Source: Eledone cirrhosa (Eukaryota). Taken from it: a stretch of 64,000 nucleotides of DNA. Below the pieces are notes generated by a model. The model was given only the letters and a program-made list of their open reading frames with translations. It searched no databases and was not told where the DNA came from. Each line of letters opens with the position of its first letter. Position 1 is the first letter of the stretch. The stretch is from NCBI GenBank assembly GCA_964016885.1, contig OZ024743.1, positions 125,736,001 through 125,800,000 of the forward strand. Direction: 5' to 3'. This document shows positions 62,440-64,000 of the stretch, piece after piece. The translations under genes and the position numbers were made by a program.

Positions 62440-64000
62440 TAAGAATAAGCGCAACTATGCCTCCCCTGGTCTTGATGGGGTGACATACCTGCTTCTCAAA
62501 CGTGGCGGGTATTTCCTTTTGCGCCAGCTTTCTTTCTTCTTTCAATACTGTCTCAACAATGCTGCTACTCCGGAGCAGTGGAAAACTGCCAGTGTCATTC
62601 CCCTGTTCAAAAAGGGCAACCGCATATCACCTGTCAACTATCGTCCAGTCAGTCTTACTAGCTGTATGGCCAAACTGATGGAATCCTGTGTCAGAGAAAC
62701 ACTTTGGAACTTCTGGAGCTCTCACAGCCTCATCCGGCCCTCACAGTTTGGATTTATCCCTAACTCCAGCTGCTGTGATCAGCTTATCGAGTTCCTTGAG
62801 GACATCACCCGGATCACTGACAGCGGCTCATGGGTGGATGTTGTTTACCTTGACTTTGCTAAGGCTTTTAATTTTGTGCCACACAAAAGACTTATGGCAA
62901 AACTCTCTGCAATGGGTGTGAGGGATGATCTTTTCGACTGGTTGAAATCCTTCATTCTCAGCCGGAAAGAAGTAGTCACGGTTCTAGGACAGCATTCTTC
63001 ACCATATGAGATGTCATCTGGTGTACCACAGGGATCTGTTCTTGGTCCCCTTTTGTTTGTGGCATATATTAATGACATAGATGCCAACTTACAGAATGCC
63101 ACGGTACTGAAATATGCAGATGACATTAAGCTGTACCTTGAAATCAAAAGGACTGATCCTGAAATTTACAACTCTTTTCTACAATCAGACCTGGACACAA
63201 TGCAGCAATGGATCACAGACTGGCAACTGAAGCTGGCTGTGGACAAGTGTACCACCATGCATTTTGGAAGGAAAAATCCAGCGTCCACATACTCCCTCCA
63301 CAACACTGATATCAAGAAGTCCTCTTGTGAACGTGACCTGGGCATTACTGTCAGCAGCGATTTGCGTTGGACAAAGCATGTCTCTAAGATTGTCAAGAAG
63401 GCCGAGGGTGTCTTGGCATCACTCAGCAAGACCTTTGTTAGCCGCTCTCCAGCCATCTATTTAAAACTGTATACAGCTATGGTACGACCACACTTGGAAT
63501 TCGCATCATCAGTCTGGAACCCCTATCTTGCTCAGAACATTGACCTCCTGGAAACTGTTCAGAGACGTGCAACCAAGCACATACCCTCCATCAGACACCT
63601 ACCATACTCTGAACGCCTTGCTTCCCTGGGCATGGATTCATTGAAGCTCCGACGTCTGGCAATGGACTTGGTGAATACCCACAAAGTTATTAACCATCTC
63701 GCCAATTGCAACCCTGAGCACCTTTTTGATCTCCATGTGTCTAACACATGTGGACATGCCTACAAAATCAGAAAACAGCACAGCTCCCATGACTTTTGTA
63801 GACATTTTTTCACGCTCAGAGTTGCTGAAGCATGGAACAAACTGCCTGCGTCAGTTGTTAGCTGCCGAGACACTGCATCCTTTAAGACACTCATGCTTCC
63901 CGAAATACGCCAAAACTACACCTGATGTACCCCTTCCATGCACACGTGTGTATCATGACTCGTGCACTGTTCATTTTACTGATGTTTGTGCATTGCCCTA
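62440..64000 (+). mobile_element. Young 5'-truncated CR1-group LINE in a GTF2H2 intron
   Basis: Uninterrupted RT ORF to 63925 (SPGLDG, YRPVSLTS, YLDFAKAF, GVPQGSVLGP, YADD, RPHLEF). No endonuclease domain present. 3' UTR runs off the window. Confidence 0.95.

Overview
AT-rich, intron-rich animal DNA. The SINE, RTE, CR1 and Helitron content suggests an octopus or other coleoid cephalopod (inference). Most of the window is the 5' half of OPA1 (mitochondrial dynamin-like GTPase) on the minus strand. I assembled 16 GT-AG, phase-compatible coding exons by hand, from ATG 57201 down to the G4-motif exon 1251-1381; the gene continues past the left edge. Head-to-head with it is the first coding exon of GTF2H2 (TFIIH p44; 60923-60978, +). 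The introns hold a 4.4-kb internally deleted composite Helitron, a decayed Mag-type Ty3/Gypsy element with integrase UPSTREAM of gag, two CRE-like LINE 3' ends joined back-to-back, a solo LTR with TSD, a young CR1-group LINE, RTE fragments, tRNA-SINEs and TTAA MITEs. Best leads: (1) a greatly expanded, apparently cassette-built OPA1 region between the transmembrane anchor and the coiled coil, including a 510-nt symmetric exon with 11-mer repeats and an acidic tract; (2) the INT-gag-PR-RT order; (3) an inverted CTAG|TC Helitron junction inside the Helitron. All coordinates were read by eye and no database searches were run. Comparisons to human genes are from recall.
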